In this document: piece by piece, positions 46,774-61,367 of the stretch
How positions within the stretch are numbered: the stretch's first letter is position 1
Layout of the letters: every line of letters starts with the position of its first letter
Assembly: GCA_003693705.1 (NCBI GenBank)
Contig: RBZT01000623.1
Coordinates: 124,001 to 188,000, forward strand
Source of the DNA: Polymyxa betae A26-41
Taxonomy: Eukaryota; Protista; Endomyxa: Phytomyxea
DNA: 64,000 nt
Reading direction: 5' to 3'
Notes under the pieces: generated by a model
Told to the model about the DNA's origin: nothing
Databases searched by the model: none
What the model saw: the letters and a program-made list of their open reading frames with translations, nothing else
Position numbers and translations under genes: made by a program

Positions 46774-47441
46774 GCATCTGGGATAACAGCTTCGAATGCA
46801 ATCTTATCCGACTTTGTCATCCTGGGCTTGCCGATCGGCCTCAGCCTCATAACGACTCGAGGAGCGCCTTTCAGTTTCGACATTTTGGGCAGATGCGGGC
46901 GATTCCTAGCTGCTTGTTCCAGGTTCTCGTAAACGAATACACCTTTGCCATTCGGGCGAACTTCATGCTCCAGACGATATTCAGTGACGCCATCGTACAA
47001 AGAAAAGTATCTGCCTCCAACCATTCCAACTAGTTTATAGTAATATGGCTTGACCTCTCTGGTCATTGTTTCGTAGGAAATCGATGCTGTTTTGCATGTG
47101 TTTTCGTGGGAAGGCGATGCCGTTTTGGCCTGTTTGTTGTCGAAGCTTGCGTATGCGTTACCGATGATTGCTGCCTCTACTACACGAACTTCTGCTCGTA
47201 TTTGCTGAATAAGGCGAACTAGAAGATCACGTTGCCGATCCTCATCGTGGCCATCATCGTTAATTTCTGTTCTGAGAAACAAATCAATACTTTGCCATCG
47301 TTCTTCTAAACTAGATTGTAGTTCTCGCCAATCTGTTGTTGCAAGCAGTCTATATGCGTCCATCTCGTATGTCCTTTCATCGGCAACCTCATTGTCGTTG
47401 AATTTGTCAGAAACCATTTTCAGCAGATTCCAAATCTGCAA
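46752..47441 (-). CDS. Hypothetical protein (5' exons unresolved)
   Basis: 229-aa ORF with a compact C-terminal domain (YYYKLV..YFSLYDGVTEY..GVFVY..PRVVMR). Confidence 0.6.
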   Translation of the reverse strand: MQIWNLLKMVSDKFNDNEVADERTYEMDAYRLLATTDWRELQSSLEERWQSIDLFLRTEINDDGHDEDRQRDLLVRLIQQIRAEVRVVEAAIIGNAYASFDNKQAKTASPSHENTCKTASISYETMTREVKPYYYKLVGMVGGRYFSLYDGVTEYRLEHEVRPNGKGVFVYENLEQAARNRPHLPKMSKLKGAPRVVMRLRPIGKPRMTKSDKIAFEAVIPDAIIRRRQ

Positions 47442-47748
47442 GTTTTCTGTTCCTGTACAACTCCGATCAATAATATCTAGAGATGCACAATTGTCTTTAG
47501 CTCAACTGATAGAATCCCGAGCCAACAGTACTGCTTTTCGACTGCAGGGTGTTTCAGATTTTCAACTGTTTGGTAACTAAGGTGAAGGTATATTGCGAGT
47601 TCGCCATTGTCTTTAAGGCTATAAAACTCATCTGATTGGGGTTTCTGGAAGATTTCTTAGTTATAGGTATCGGAACCGTTCATTTTAGAGATCACTTCAG
47701 ATGCGATCTGTGGTACTTCTGATATAGGCTGAGATTTGTTTCGTTTAG

Positions 47749-49884
47749 ATGGATGCTTCACTGGAACATGACACAGTCCGTCTAATTGCTGGTCATCGTC
47801 CAGGAACCGAAACACGTGTTCGGCTAACTTCGATCAAACCACTCTCGTTCGAGATTCCATATAAGCTTGTAAAGCAAAGCGCTGTACTGAACAATATGTT
47901 CAAGAAGGGTATTTACGTTTATTGGTTTCCGACGACTCTGTTAGTTCATTGATAGGCAGGGGCTTTTATGGAAGGAATTACGAAGACGGCAGTGTTTCCA
48001 GAATTTTCTAATCAGGTTCTGGCTGATGTTGTGGCATTTTTGCAGGGATCTCTACACCAGATTCCAACATCTAGCCACGCCATCGATCTTTTTCTGGCGT
48101 CTGAATTCCTTCAGCTGCGTCGTCTGCAAAACCTGTCTGCTAGATCGATTGCTAAAGACTTCGAATATTTCCATTCATTTGGGGCCTTACCTGATCATTT
48201 GGTTTTTTATATTCTTCGAGAGCTAGATCCGTTGCACCTATGTATGGCCGAGGCGATGCTCAAGAGAAATGGCAGAGCTACAGATACATCTGCATTGTGG
48301 AAAAGATTGCAGGAAAAGCATTATCCTGAAGCAACTTGTATCTCGGACGTCAAGGCATTTGTCATGCAAATGCATTTTGAAAAGACAGTATCACGTTTCT
48401 CTCCTTCGATCAAAGCCAAACATCCGATTCTGCTGGCGAACTATCGCCAAACGAACGACATCGAAGGCATCGATCACCTGGGCTCGCTTCGGCCTGCTTT
48501 AACTTTTATGGCATCTCACATTCGGCGTTTTGTGTTAAAGAACACTGGACTTGCTGAAAATGTCATCTACAGCATCATCTCCCGGTTGATATCGGCATCA
48601 GAATTGCGACTGGAGAATAACCAGCTGAACCAGAATGCAGGAATTGCAATTGCCCGGGCTATTAAGCAGAATCCAAAACGAGACCTGATCTCTCTGGATA
48701 TAAGCAACAACAACATCTCGGCTGTTGGTATGCGATCGTTGGCGACATCCAACAATCGAGCACTGTTTCGGCAAGTGTTGCCATCACTGCATCAGGAGAA
48801 TTGCCACGAACAGAAATTGTCAGTCTGCTTGGCGGATAACGCTATCGGAGACCCATTCTTAATAGAAATCGGTTGTTGTATATCCCGTATTCAAGTACTG
48901 AATGTTTCGAGTAACAAGCTGGGTTCTCAAGGAGGCCAGGCGTTGGCTTTAGCATTGAATCGAATGCCATCTCTTACCCATCTCTCAATGCATTCGTGTT
49001 CATTGGATGGCTTCGCCGTCACTTCAATCACAGAAGCTATAATCAAAACTCCCATTGCTTTGGTCTATTTCGACGTCAGCGACAATATCGACAAATGCGA
49101 TCGGTTTTATTCTGGAAAACTCGACCAGCTAATTGCCTCAACACCTACGCTAGCGCATCTCAAAGCCGGTGGAAACAAGTTTACGACTAAGAACCTAATC
49201 GGTTTAGCACAAGCTCTTAGATCATCACATCATTTACAGACTCTCGATCTGCAAGCTATAGATTTGGAATCTGCCATCCAGACAGTAGCTTTAGCTTGCC
49301 AACAGAGCACTACGATAAAATCGCTTAATTTAGCGAATGCCGGCTTATCAAGCAAGTCTATGTTGAGTATTGCATCGGTTGTTGCATATAATACCAGTTT
49401 GAAGACGCTGAATTTATCTGGAAATGCAATCGATGGCGAAGCATCGTTAGCGCTATCTTTGGCTTTGCAGCAAAACAGCACTTTAGCCACCTTGATTATG
49501 AATGCTGGTCTAGGGTCTAATACTCTTAGCTCTACATCTCTTCATAACATTATCAACGGCATGCAGCAATCAACAATTATAAAGAAGATCTCATTCGTAA
49601 ATCATAGAATGAAGAACGTTGAATGTGTTTCCGTTATTCAAATGCTTCCGACATGTACAAAGCTGGTTTCTATCGATCTCCGAGGGAATCGAGTTTGCGA
49701 CCGTGGTTTTAGCACCATTGTGAATTTCTTAATCGAGAACAGACGATCTATTTCGCGACCAGTATTGCTGGATCTGCGAGCGAACGATTTAACATTGGCT
49801 TTGGAATCCACACTTCGATTGTTCTCCAATCTATTACCGAATGTTCGTATTTTGGACGATGCCAGCCAATTCGTAAGAGTTTAG
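47749..49884 (+). CDS. BTB/Skp1-like domain plus RNI-like LRR protein
   Basis: LVKQSAVLNNMF..F.E..FPEFS..VL..LFLASEFLQL, then LDISNNNI, LNVSSNKLG, LNLSGNAI and IDLRGNRV repeats. Confidence 0.78.
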
Positions 49885-50142
49885 AGCTGGCTTTTAAAAA
49901 TAAGAGGTCCCAGTTACGTGAAGATTGTGAAGGCGCAGTGACTCCATAGGAAAGAGTTTAAGGCATGATAAGGTGTCCCTTGGGAACACGACTGGGCAAC
50001 CCTATCCGAGTTACGTACTATCTAAGCGCGGACATTTTGGCATAACAACGGGCTGCGCTCGCTCCGTCAGCAGTTGTCGCCGACGCTTTGTAACAGCAGC
50101 GTCGCCATTCACAATTGCTTGCTGTTATCGACGTTTATAACA

Positions 50143-51731
<1,589 letters not shown>

Positions 51732-51888
51732 TTTATGCTTTATTGAATACACGTTAGCTGAACGTATTGTTGATTAACAACTGGAATTTCTGTCGTTTAC
51801 GCCTGGCAGTGTAGGGACTTGTTGGATCGATTTCTCCGAGGCACTTCCTTTACCTTCTACATACCTCTGGCGGGCTGTTCAAAACGTT

Positions 51889-52745
51889 ATGGCACAGTCC
51901 GACCATCTGTCTGTCCAGTTTCACAGGCGACTAGCATCGTTCTCACGTATGTTAACCTATCTAACTAAAGCCTATTAGGGCTTACACATTTGGAAACAGA
52001 ATCGGCTTCTCAGCTGAAATGTAGCTTGGACCAGGTCCTCCCTCATTTAACAGCCTTGCATGAAATCCATGATTCGATTCGCCATTTCAATAGCTGCTTT
52101 GTCAATTTTCTCGATGCGATTGATATGCAAACATCTACATTAAACTTACCGATCTACCCTCAGCCCGATCATATCAGCCATGCATCATCCATTCCCAGCC
52201 TGGATCCAGCAGTGCTGAAAGCAAAGTTAGAAAAACAACAGCCTGAACCAGCAGAGATGACCTCTGATTCAGATGCGATGGTTGAACAACAACCATTAAC
52301 ATTACAAACAGTTAGTGTTAAGATCGTTTCAAGCGTCTGAAGGAGGCCTAAAAATTCCTCACAGAAACCAGTCAGCTCTCAGACAAAGCTAAATACAACC
52401 AAGTTGCCGCCGAAATATCGGGGTGTTGCAGAGCGTCGGGTCCTGCAAGATATTCTAAGTGCTCTGGAAGATGTCGGTCCTGAAGGATTGTATGACCGCT
52501 ACTGCTACTTTTCTTATGAATGCTAACGAGTTTGTAATGTCACAACAGATCCCTGTCTGAGTTGGCTTCGGTTTCTCGTCTGAGTGGCATTCAAGCCAAA
52601 GAATATGTTGCTGTACTGATTAAACAAGGTCAAGTAGGGAGAACAAAAACCCAAAAGGTTTGATATCAATCGAATGTTGACTTGTTTTAATGTTATGCAA
52701 TTGCAGGGTCTTACTTATAGATTAAAAGCAGTTTCTTTGGACTAA
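51889..52745 (+). CDS. Dam1-like DASH complex subunit with a C-terminal winged-helix-like domain
   Basis: LTALHEIHDSIRHFNSCFVNFLDAIDMQ..LPIYP resembles the Dam1 helix. Later exons read LPPKYR..ILSAL..GL.LSELA..EYVAVLIKQGQV..TY. Confidence 0.55.
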
Positions 52746-52970
52746 ATATCTGTAAAGCAAACAAGTGGATTTTTCTCTAACGTTGAGTCTCTGGAAATGA
52801 ACTCTCAACAAAACTGTAATGTCACGTACACTATATAAAACCGCCTTCCTTTAGAATCTAGATATTGCACATTTGCAAGATTTTTTTTGCGATCCTGCAG
52901 ATACTTTCTCCTGGCGCCACAAGTCATCACCTTCGTCATTTGATAGTGCAACTCGCTGCGAAACACCAAA

Positions 52971-54083
52971 ATGAAGAACGAAACAGGCGCCAAGAAGGCC
53001 TCTATTTTTGACAAATTGACCGATTCTTCCAAATAGTACCATAAATGAGAACTTTTTTGCAGACGCCACCTAACTAGATCTTAGCACAGGATCACATCAG
53101 CACAGATTTGATGCTGATGGTAAAGGACGTGGAATCGCTGGACGTGATCGTGTTGCAAAAGGCTCGGGAACCACAGATACACCATGTATGTTTATTGCAA
53201 TCATTTCAACAATCTCAATGATTTGCGGCAGACGACGACGGGACTCCCATCCGCGATCTGTCTCAGATCACACGAACCAATCTTCGATCGAAAGACGCTA
53301 AGAACCCTGCGCGACCAAAATCCAGTAAGAATGTTCAAGATGCGAAGCAGCACCGATGCCGAGAGAAGAACTGTGTCAACAGCTGCTCGCCGATTTCCAA
53401 GCAAGGATACTGCAGCTATCACATGTGGCAGGTTCTGTCTTTCAGCAAAGCTGTCGACAGAAAAGTTCCACTGAATCGGTGTCATTTAGGAAAGTGAATC
53501 AGGAAAGTTCCCGAAAACTGGAACAGGCGTTTCACCAACGTCCCCCGAGCCTGTTAATCGCCGGCACCAACGTTCCACATCTTCGCTTTGTCAAGTCCCG
53601 GAATGTGGCAATGATCGTAATGCTGACGGATTCTGTCTGGTGCATTCGAAGGCAGCTCAAGAGGTTGCCGTTGCTAAACCGGAAGCGATTAGCGAGGAAC
53701 AAGCTGAGGCGCCTCGGGAGACTTCCAGCGATAAGCAATGCATCATCCAGTCGTGTGCTGCCGCCGTCCATCGAATGGGATACTGCCGGGCCCATTTCCA
53801 GGAGATGCTGGAGATGGATGAAGAGCATCCTGAAGACAAGCAGGCGTCAGCGAGCGCATCTCCATCAGCTGCCAAAGCGAAAGGCAAAGCCGCTTCGGCA
53901 AATAAGACTCTCTCCCGCCTGACCGATCCGAAAAATTACACCGGAAGCCACCAGCATCGCTTCGATAAAAGCGGACACGGGCTCGGCCTGGATGGACGTG
54001 ATTCGGTCGTGAAAGGGTCCGGTACCGCCGCCAAATATCGTGGAGGAAAGATTGTCGACATATCTCAGGTCCTTCGTCAGTAG
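52971..54083 (+). CDS. Protein with two partial p25alpha (TPPP/apicortin-type) repeats flanking three Cys/His finger repeats
   Basis: [31 protein letters not shown] (spliced) and [30 protein letters not shown]. Confidence 0.82.
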
Positions 54084-54787
54084 ATAGCACGACATTCACT
54101 TTCTTCCGGTTTTTCAATACAATGTTCGTTGGTTATCGTCATTATCCATCTCAGAGAAAAGCTTAGGATACAACGAGACGTGATATCACTTGAAGAAATC
54201 ATTGATTTCACTATTTGATGGGCGATGACCTTTTGCTGTCGTTGTGGTTTTATTCTTTCCTAAACCTAAGGTTGCTGTTCATGTGGGATGGTTGATTCGA
54301 GACGAGGTCATTCTCCCGATGTCTGTCTGCAATTGAGAAATTGATAAGAAACTGCTGGGCTTGGATGATAGTGGAGTCAGATCCTTGTTCCAGTTAGTGA
54401 TGCCCAGATCAAATGTGAAGATACAATATGAAAGAGACTGGTTTTAACCGGCTTAATTGCCGTTATTATAAATGAAACGAATCATGAAGCGAGGACGCTA
54501 CTCCTCATTCTTTAATTGAATAGATGTTTCTGAATACCACGTTGAGGGAAGTTCTTTACCGCCATGTAGTGACGAACTCATCGCTATGGTGTCAATAGAA
54601 ATCCAGCTGTAACAGCTCAATAAAAACACCCACAGCGATGCATTGTAACCTCAGCAGCAAATTTCGTTGCAATCTGTGATTATACGGCCATTGGTTCCAG
54701 CATTCAACGCCATATCCCATTTTCAAACTTGTCATTTCTCTTGCGGTGAACTGTCTTTGGTTTTGATAGTGATAGCGACTCTCAAGT

Positions 54788-55978
54788 TCAAGTAGATGTA
54801 CCACCAGGTGCAAGATACGACTCAATCTCTCGAAGAGGAACGGGCTTGCGGCGACGAACAAAATGGTTGTGAAGTGAAGAGTCGAAATCACCATATATTT
54901 CCCCTAGATGGGTCTTGTTTCGGCTCTCCGAGTTGTGATTACACCGATGGAACTCTGAGCGACATTTAGAATCCACATCTGTTGAGATTGACTGCGGAGT
55001 GTTAAAGCTGGGCTTGTACCCAAGAGTGCTGCTGCTATTGAGAGTGCTTTCTGTATAAGAGCAATTCATCAGGCGATCCTCAAGGTCTTCGATACGCGTC
55101 AGAAGCCTCTGTTTCTCTGTATCATATTCAATCAGCTCCTTCCGACGTAGATGTTTTTGTTCTTCGATGCATTGTTCGCTCGTTTTTTGTTCCGATTTCA
55201 ATGCATCTTCTAGTCTTTGCATCTGCGCCATCAGATTCGTTTTTTCAGAATTTTGTTTTTCAAAGAATTCGTTATAGTGAGATCGTAACTTCATAACTTC
55301 CTGATCGCGATCAGCCAACTTACGTTGATATTCCAGAAATATGATGCGAGCCTTCTCTTCGTAAATACGTTGATTGAGCGACATTTCCTTCAAAAGCATA
55401 CTTTTCTCCTGCTCATATTTGGAGTTGAATTCTTGTTCAAGATTCCTCAAAATGGACTGATGTTTATCATTGTCAATCTGATTCAGATCATGATACTTTT
55501 TCAACAGCGACCGAAACTCATTAGCCAGTTGTCGACATTTTGTAACCACCAGATTTGCATATTCCATGTCGCTAGACAAAGTCTGCTTTGTTGGACGACA
55601 GTTCACAGCGCTCTTCAGCATATCCAATGCTATCTTCCCATCAACATTATACCCATCCTCCTTTGAATCAGCCAAACATGATTGCAGGAGTTGATGTATG
55701 TTGGTCAACGCTTGCCTCATGACATCATTGGATGCCTGATAGATTGCAATATGATAGCTGTTAGCATTCTGAGATGGAATTTTACTTCCTGTTGTCGAGT
55801 CTAGACTGGTTTTGCTGTTTGAATGGCCTGCTGATTCCATATAATCAATATTTAAGCCATTGCAATCGGCGTCGCCCCTTTGCGATTCGGTATGATCAAC
55901 GGAGCCATGGCATTCTCGAATGCTGGACATTCTAGCCAGCATCAGATTGGTCCTCAACCATGACAGGTCCATGAGCAC
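54788..55978 (-). CDS. Hypothetical coiled-coil protein
   Basis: 396-aa ORF with E/K/Q-rich heptads. Confidence 0.65.
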   Translation of the reverse strand: MLMDLSWLRTNLMLARMSSIRECHGSVDHTESQRGDADCNGLNIDYMESAGHSNSKTSLDSTTGSKIPSQNANSYHIAIYQASNDVMRQALTNIHQLLQSCLADSKEDGYNVDGKIALDMLKSAVNCRPTKQTLSSDMEYANLVVTKCRQLANEFRSLLKKYHDLNQIDNDKHQSILRNLEQEFNSKYEQEKSMLLKEMSLNQRIYEEKARIIFLEYQRKLADRDQEVMKLRSHYNEFFEKQNSEKTNLMAQMQRLEDALKSEQKTSEQCIEEQKHLRRKELIEYDTEKQRLLTRIEDLEDRLMNCSYTESTLNSSSTLGYKPSFNTPQSISTDVDSKCRSEFHRCNHNSESRNKTHLGEIYGDFDSSLHNHFVRRRKPVPLREIESYLAPGGTST

Positions 55979-56291
55979 ATTGCCTTGGCAACTCCAAGAC
56001 AGAATTAAAGACTACGCGCTCTTGATACAGAACAACAGAATAGGAAGCTGCTGGTAACGCCAAAACAACAAATGGGGCTTTGGGGTGACAGTTACCAGCC
56101 CACACTGTCTGTTCGTTGCAGAATTGGCAGCCCTCTTGAAACTTTTTCGTTGAAGTTTAACACTGGGCCCCGTCATCTAATAGCCATTGCCGAGACAGTC
56201 AGTCTATCATTTCACATCACAGTTGTAACTCGTGAATAGAGAGGTGTGAAGACGATATTTCCGTCTTTGCTTGTCATCATAGGGGACCTTC

Positions 56292-58945
56292 ATGGGTTTG
56301 ATTACATTGGTGCTAGTATTCGTCCTGGCTAGGTCAACTGCTCAGGCGGATCAGGATCTTGATGGGTTCGTGAGTAGGGTGCTTGGGCCAGTCATTGCCA
56401 CGCAAGTGGAATTTGTCCTGGTGCCTGAGCAGGAGGATGGCGATTTTTTCCAGTATGAAACCGTTGCCGATCGGTTAGTGATCAAAGGATCGTCGAAGTC
56501 AGCACTGACGTCTGGTCTTGGATGGTATTTGAAGTGAGCGTCTCTCGTTTTGATTGGAAACGCTGCTAATTTGTTTTCATAGATATGAGGCCAATGTTCA
56601 TATTTCTTGGAGCGGCGTTCAGAATCAATCGTTGTCTTCAGGCAAATTGCCAGCTGTAAAGGTTCCGGTCTCTAAGAAGAGGACTGTACCCATGACGTAG
56701 GAGTGCGATTTCGATAACATTTGCAATCTGACACTTTTCTTGCAGATACTATATGAACGTCTGTACGTTTTCTTATTCGGCAGTATGGTGGGACTGGAGA
56801 CGATGGGAACAAGAACTGGACTGGATGGCACTCAATGGAATCAATACTCCATTAGCCATTACCGGTCAAGAATATATCTGGCGAGAGATATTCACCAAGA
56901 AATTCAATATGACTCGAAACGACCTCGACGAGTTCTTTACTGGACCTGCTTTTCTGGCCTGGCATCGAATGGGAAATCTTCGGAATTGGGCGGGCCCATT
57001 GTCTGACAAATGGATTGATAGTCAGCATGAGCTACAAAAGTCGATTATTCAAAGAGCTCGCTCTCTTGGAATGAAAGTCGTTTTGCCGGCCTTTGCTGGC
57101 CATGTTCCAGAAGTAGCTAAAACCATATGGCCAGATGCTGATATATTTCCATCATCCCGATGGGGTGCTTTTGAAGAGCAATATACTCAAGTCTATATGG
57201 TCCAGCCAGATAGTCCTGTATTTACTGAAATCGGCTCTGCATTCATCAAAGAACTGATTGCACAATATGGAACTGATCATCTTTATAACGCTGATACATT
57301 TAATGAGGTAAAAGGTTAACAGCAACATAATGTTTGCTAAGCGTGTTAGATACCTCCCAAATCCACAGACGAAGCCTTCCTCTCTCAAACAGCTGCTTCA
57401 ACGGTCAGGAAAGCATTTATTATTGTTGAGAATGCCAAACGTCTTGGTACAGCTAGAAAGTATGGTGAGAGCAGACCCTGAAGCGATATGGGTGATGCAG
57501 GCCTGGTTGTTTACCGATTGGCACACATGGACCGAGCAGAATATCAAGGCATATTTATCCGGCGTTCCTGATGATAAGATGATTATCCTTGACTTGTTCT
57601 CCGAAGTTGTCCCGTTCTACAATAGGCCAAATGCGTTCTATGGGAAGCCATGGGTAAGATTTGCAGTTTAATGGATGGACCCAAAGGCTCTCCTTAACAG
57701 TTTTGCAGATATATAACATGCTTCACAATTTCGGGGGCAATCACGGGCTGTATGGTATGTACATTCAACACTGCTATGAACATTTAAATATTATCGGCTG
57801 AAGGTCGAGCTCAAGTGATCGCAACTGAGCCCTTGGATGCCCTTGAAAACTCGAAAGGGAAAATGATTGGAATCGGTTTAACTCCTGAAGGCATCGAACA
57901 GAACTATGTCATTTATGAGCTAATGCTGGAAATGGCATGGAGGCAGAAACCAGTCGATTTGAAAGAGTGGTTCCAACTCTACCAATGGAGGCGATATGGT
58001 GGCGATCGTATAAATGAGGATGCTTCTGAGGCGTGGGACATTCTGTTGAATACAGTCTATCAAAGTGATGACTTTCAATGGAGTGTAACCAAGGTAACCA
58101 ATTCAGTGTTTGATACCGCGAGCTCACAATCAGATAGAGCATTGCCGTACTTCAGCCTTCGCTTCATTTTCAGAAAAAGTTCTTCATGAATCCTATCTTA
58201 TTCTATGATCCAATTAAGCTTCTCGATTCGTGGGCAAAGCTGTTAAAATGCTCGTCGGCTTTCTCAGATCAGGCGACTTACCGCTATGACCTTGTTGATA
58301 TTACCCGACAAGTTCTCAGTAATTTATTACTGAAGATCCATACTGAATTTGTTGAAGCTTACGATCATCAAGATCTGGAAAATTTAGAATTACGAGGAAG
58401 CTTCTTTTTGGAAGTCCTGAAAGATTTAGACAAGATTTTAGGCTCCGATCCGCATTGGCTTTTAGGAACGTGGATAAACCAAGCGCGAATCGCTGCAACT
58501 ATCGATCCAGACTATACTGTCGATTCGTACGTCTTCAATGCCAAGAATCTGATCACATTGTAAAGCAATCATGGCTTGCTCAGACCACGCAGCGTTTATT
58601 TGAGCTTTTAGGTGGGGACCCAACGGTGAGATTGAAGATTATGCATCAAAGCAATGGTCTGGGCTTATTTCCGAGTACTACCTGCCACGTTGGCAATTGT
58701 TTATCGATATGATAACTGAAGCCGTCCGTTCTTCGAATCGGCTTGACGCAAGCGAGTTCTCGCGTTTGAGCCTGAAACAGTCATCAGACTGGCAAAAGAC
58801 GCCATCTGTTAACTTAGCCATAAATCCAGTAGGAGATTCAATTAGTATCTCTAACGAACTTTTCAGTAAATATTCTGGGCTGGTGTCTAATCCAATTCCA
58901 ATCGATCGCTGTATTAACGACGAGATGTTTTTTTCAATACAATAG
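56292..58945 (+). CDS. NAGLU: Alpha-N-acetylglucosaminidase (GH89) with signal peptide
   Basis: NVCTFSYS..WWDW.RWEQELDWMALNGIN, GPAFLAWHRMGN, PAFAGHVP, DTFNE, MLHNFGGN, PEGIEQN and YRYDLVDITRQ. Confidence 0.95.
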
Positions 58946-59196
58946 AAAACTACAAAGTGGTCGAAATTCTCAGTTTCCAACAGTATAGATGCTCCTTGAA
59001 ACTTGGTTCTATGATTGATGATCCCGCTCATCATGGCGAAAATATCAGATCCTAAAGCGAGCCTGTTCCTGATGTGATGACATTTCAATTCAAATTAAAG
59101 GAACAGAAAGCTAAAGGACGTCTATTCGAGCTCTATGGAACAGAACCCGACGATAATATAGAGACCGATGAATTTAGAGAATTTGTTTTAAGGTAT

Positions 59197-59679
59197 TCAA
59201 GCATTCTTCTTGATGTGCTCCAAAACCTTGATAAGAGCCTGAGACTGCTCACCCCAGGACTTAACAACGACACAAGAGCAACCGACAACCTTAACCGGCT
59301 TGCCTTCAGCATCGATCTTGCACAGGCCGGCCCATTCACCCAAAGTCTTGGCTTCTTCTACCATGACCAAAGGAATCTGGCGCTGCTCGCACATAGCCTT
59401 AACCAGCTTCTTGTAAGCAGCTTCATCACAGGAGTCGGCCAGCAGACACAGGTGGGCTTCACGGCGGTCCAGAGCCTTGACGGCTTCCTTCAGACCACGA
59501 ACCAGACCATCGTGGACAAGGGACTTCTTCAGGACCTCCTGGAGGCATTCTTCCAGGGATTTGGGGGCCTCTTCCACCAAGGACATGGGGGCGGCAGATT
59601 CATCGATGCTGTTTTACGAATCAACACAAGCAATATGAACCGATTTGCTTGGTACTGACGTTTCGTACTCTTCAGACAT
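59197..59679 (-). CDS. RPS12: 40S ribosomal protein S12 (eS12)
   Basis: [44 protein letters not shown], with short exon 1 MSEEYET. Confidence 0.95.
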
Positions 59680-59838
59680 GATGGTAGATGGAATCAGTTG
59701 GTCTTGGCGATAACTCTCCACAACGGTTGCTTCCTCGAGTAATGAGATCGTCGGAGTCCGTGGCGCAATCCTTCGTTTAGAGTCGTCTATCTATTGCTAT
59801 GAACGACCGCTAATATCTAACATCGCTTTTGTATTCTT

Positions 59839-61158
59839 TTAACTTTCGCCCTGAGCCAATGCCTGAAGCGTTTCCTGTAGTACCCGGATCTGTTCGTCTT
59901 TCTCACAGATCGTCTCTGATAATGTTGAAGTGACCACTTTCAAGTAATCGTTTAAGTCGGGCTTTCGGTCTTGTAGATGCTGTTTTGTCCAGCTGATAAT
60001 CTGCGATAAACCATGCTGAACTGACGACCTGGTATTGATGGCTTTTGCTTTGTTATCTTCAATCGGATTCTGTTGCGAGTTCTGTCCTCCTGGATTTGTA
60101 TTGGAATCACTCGTCGGTGTCCTCTGTAATCTCTCCACTTCTCTCTGCAGCGATTCGCATTTCGACTTGAGCGAGTTATTCATTACGATCAACTCGTTAT
60201 TGTCGTCTTCGAGCTCGTCGTTGCCGCAATCGATGTCGGTTAATGTGCTATTGTCCCTCATCGGTATCCTTGTCATATTACAACCTTCATGAATTTGAAT
60301 ATAGCCTTCCTTTATCCTCTCTGTTAGCTCTCGTTCTGTCAGAAGAAGCTCTTCTTGAAGTCGATCGCGATCGGCTCGTAGCGTCTCGACCTGACGCCTG
60401 AGTTCTATCATCTCGATCTGTTTCGAATAGATCTCTGCATATTCCTGCTGAAGCTTCGCTTCTCGTTTCCGTAATGATAACAGCTGCTTCTTCAGCTTTC
60501 GCCGTTCCTCCATGATGCAATTGGAATTGTCCCCTTCGCCTTGCACCTCACTTCCAATGTCGGTCGTTGCCGTTGGTTGCAAAGGCGATTTTCGTGGACT
60601 GCAACTCCTTTGCATTGATGCTGATAAAGATCGAAGGCCTTGCTCTAGCTGCATATTCTGATTTTGTAATTTCTCAATCACCTGATTGCGTTCATCGAGC
60701 TCTGATTTCAAATAATCGACCTGGGTTTTGGTTTCTAGAACGCATCGCTTCTGTTCATCAAGAAGTGTTCGTAATTTCGCATTATGTTCGTTAACTTCGA
60801 TGTTTAATGCTGATAGCGTCTGAAGCTGGCTCAGAACTTGGTGATAAACGCCTGGATCCGGATGCTTATTCTTCTGCAGATTGTTTTGATCTTGTACAGG
60901 GACTTGGATTTCGGCGAAATTGCCCGGTGTCGATTCGTTGTCTGGACAGAATCGGCAGGCGATGATGGCGCCGCAATCGTCCAACCGCAGATCGTACTGG
61001 ATCGGGGAGTCAGGACAGTATCGATCGGATTGGATGAGCTGCATTCCGGTCATCGGTGTCACCCGATACCACTGGAATACACCATCGGTTTCCTTGCTGG
61101 TGATCGAAGCATGAATCCGATTCGAGATCCTCTGCAGATGACAGAACAGCTGTGGCAT
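59839..61158 (-). CDS. Coiled-coil protein with an N-terminal AIR9(A9)-repeat-like module (5' end unresolved)
   Basis: FQWYR...YDLRLDDCGAIIACRFCP followed by long heptad repeats. Confidence 0.55.
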   Translation of the reverse strand: MPQLFCHLQRISNRIHASITSKETDGVFQWYRVTPMTGMQLIQSDRYCPDSPIQYDLRLDDCGAIIACRFCPDNESTPGNFAEIQVPVQDQNNLQKNKHPDPGVYHQVLSQLQTLSALNIEVNEHNAKLRTLLDEQKRCVLETKTQVDYLKSELDERNQVIEKLQNQNMQLEQGLRSLSASMQRSCSPRKSPLQPTATTDIGSEVQGEGDNSNCIMEERRKLKKQLLSLRKREAKLQQEYAEIYSKQIEMIELRRQVETLRADRDRLQEELLLTERELTERIKEGYIQIHEGCNMTRIPMRDNSTLTDIDCGNDELEDDNNELIVMNNSLKSKCESLQREVERLQRTPTSDSNTNPGGQNSQQNPIEDNKAKAINTRSSVQHGLSQIISWTKQHLQDRKPDLNDYLKVVTSTLSETICEKDEQIRVLQETLQALAQGES

Positions 61159-61367
61159 CCTGCTCTTGTTAGACGATCAACAGTACGGCTGAGCATTGTG
61201 CTTAAACTAGCTCAATCCTATCAATAAACATTCATCCTTCAGGATTATAGCTTCTTAAAGTATGATGCTTTAACATCGCGGCTCCATCTGTAAATGTAAT
61301 GTAAGTCTAGGGTTAGGGTTTGTTCATGACTTATTCAGTGGGCTGCGTCGTGGTCTCATTCAGCTTG

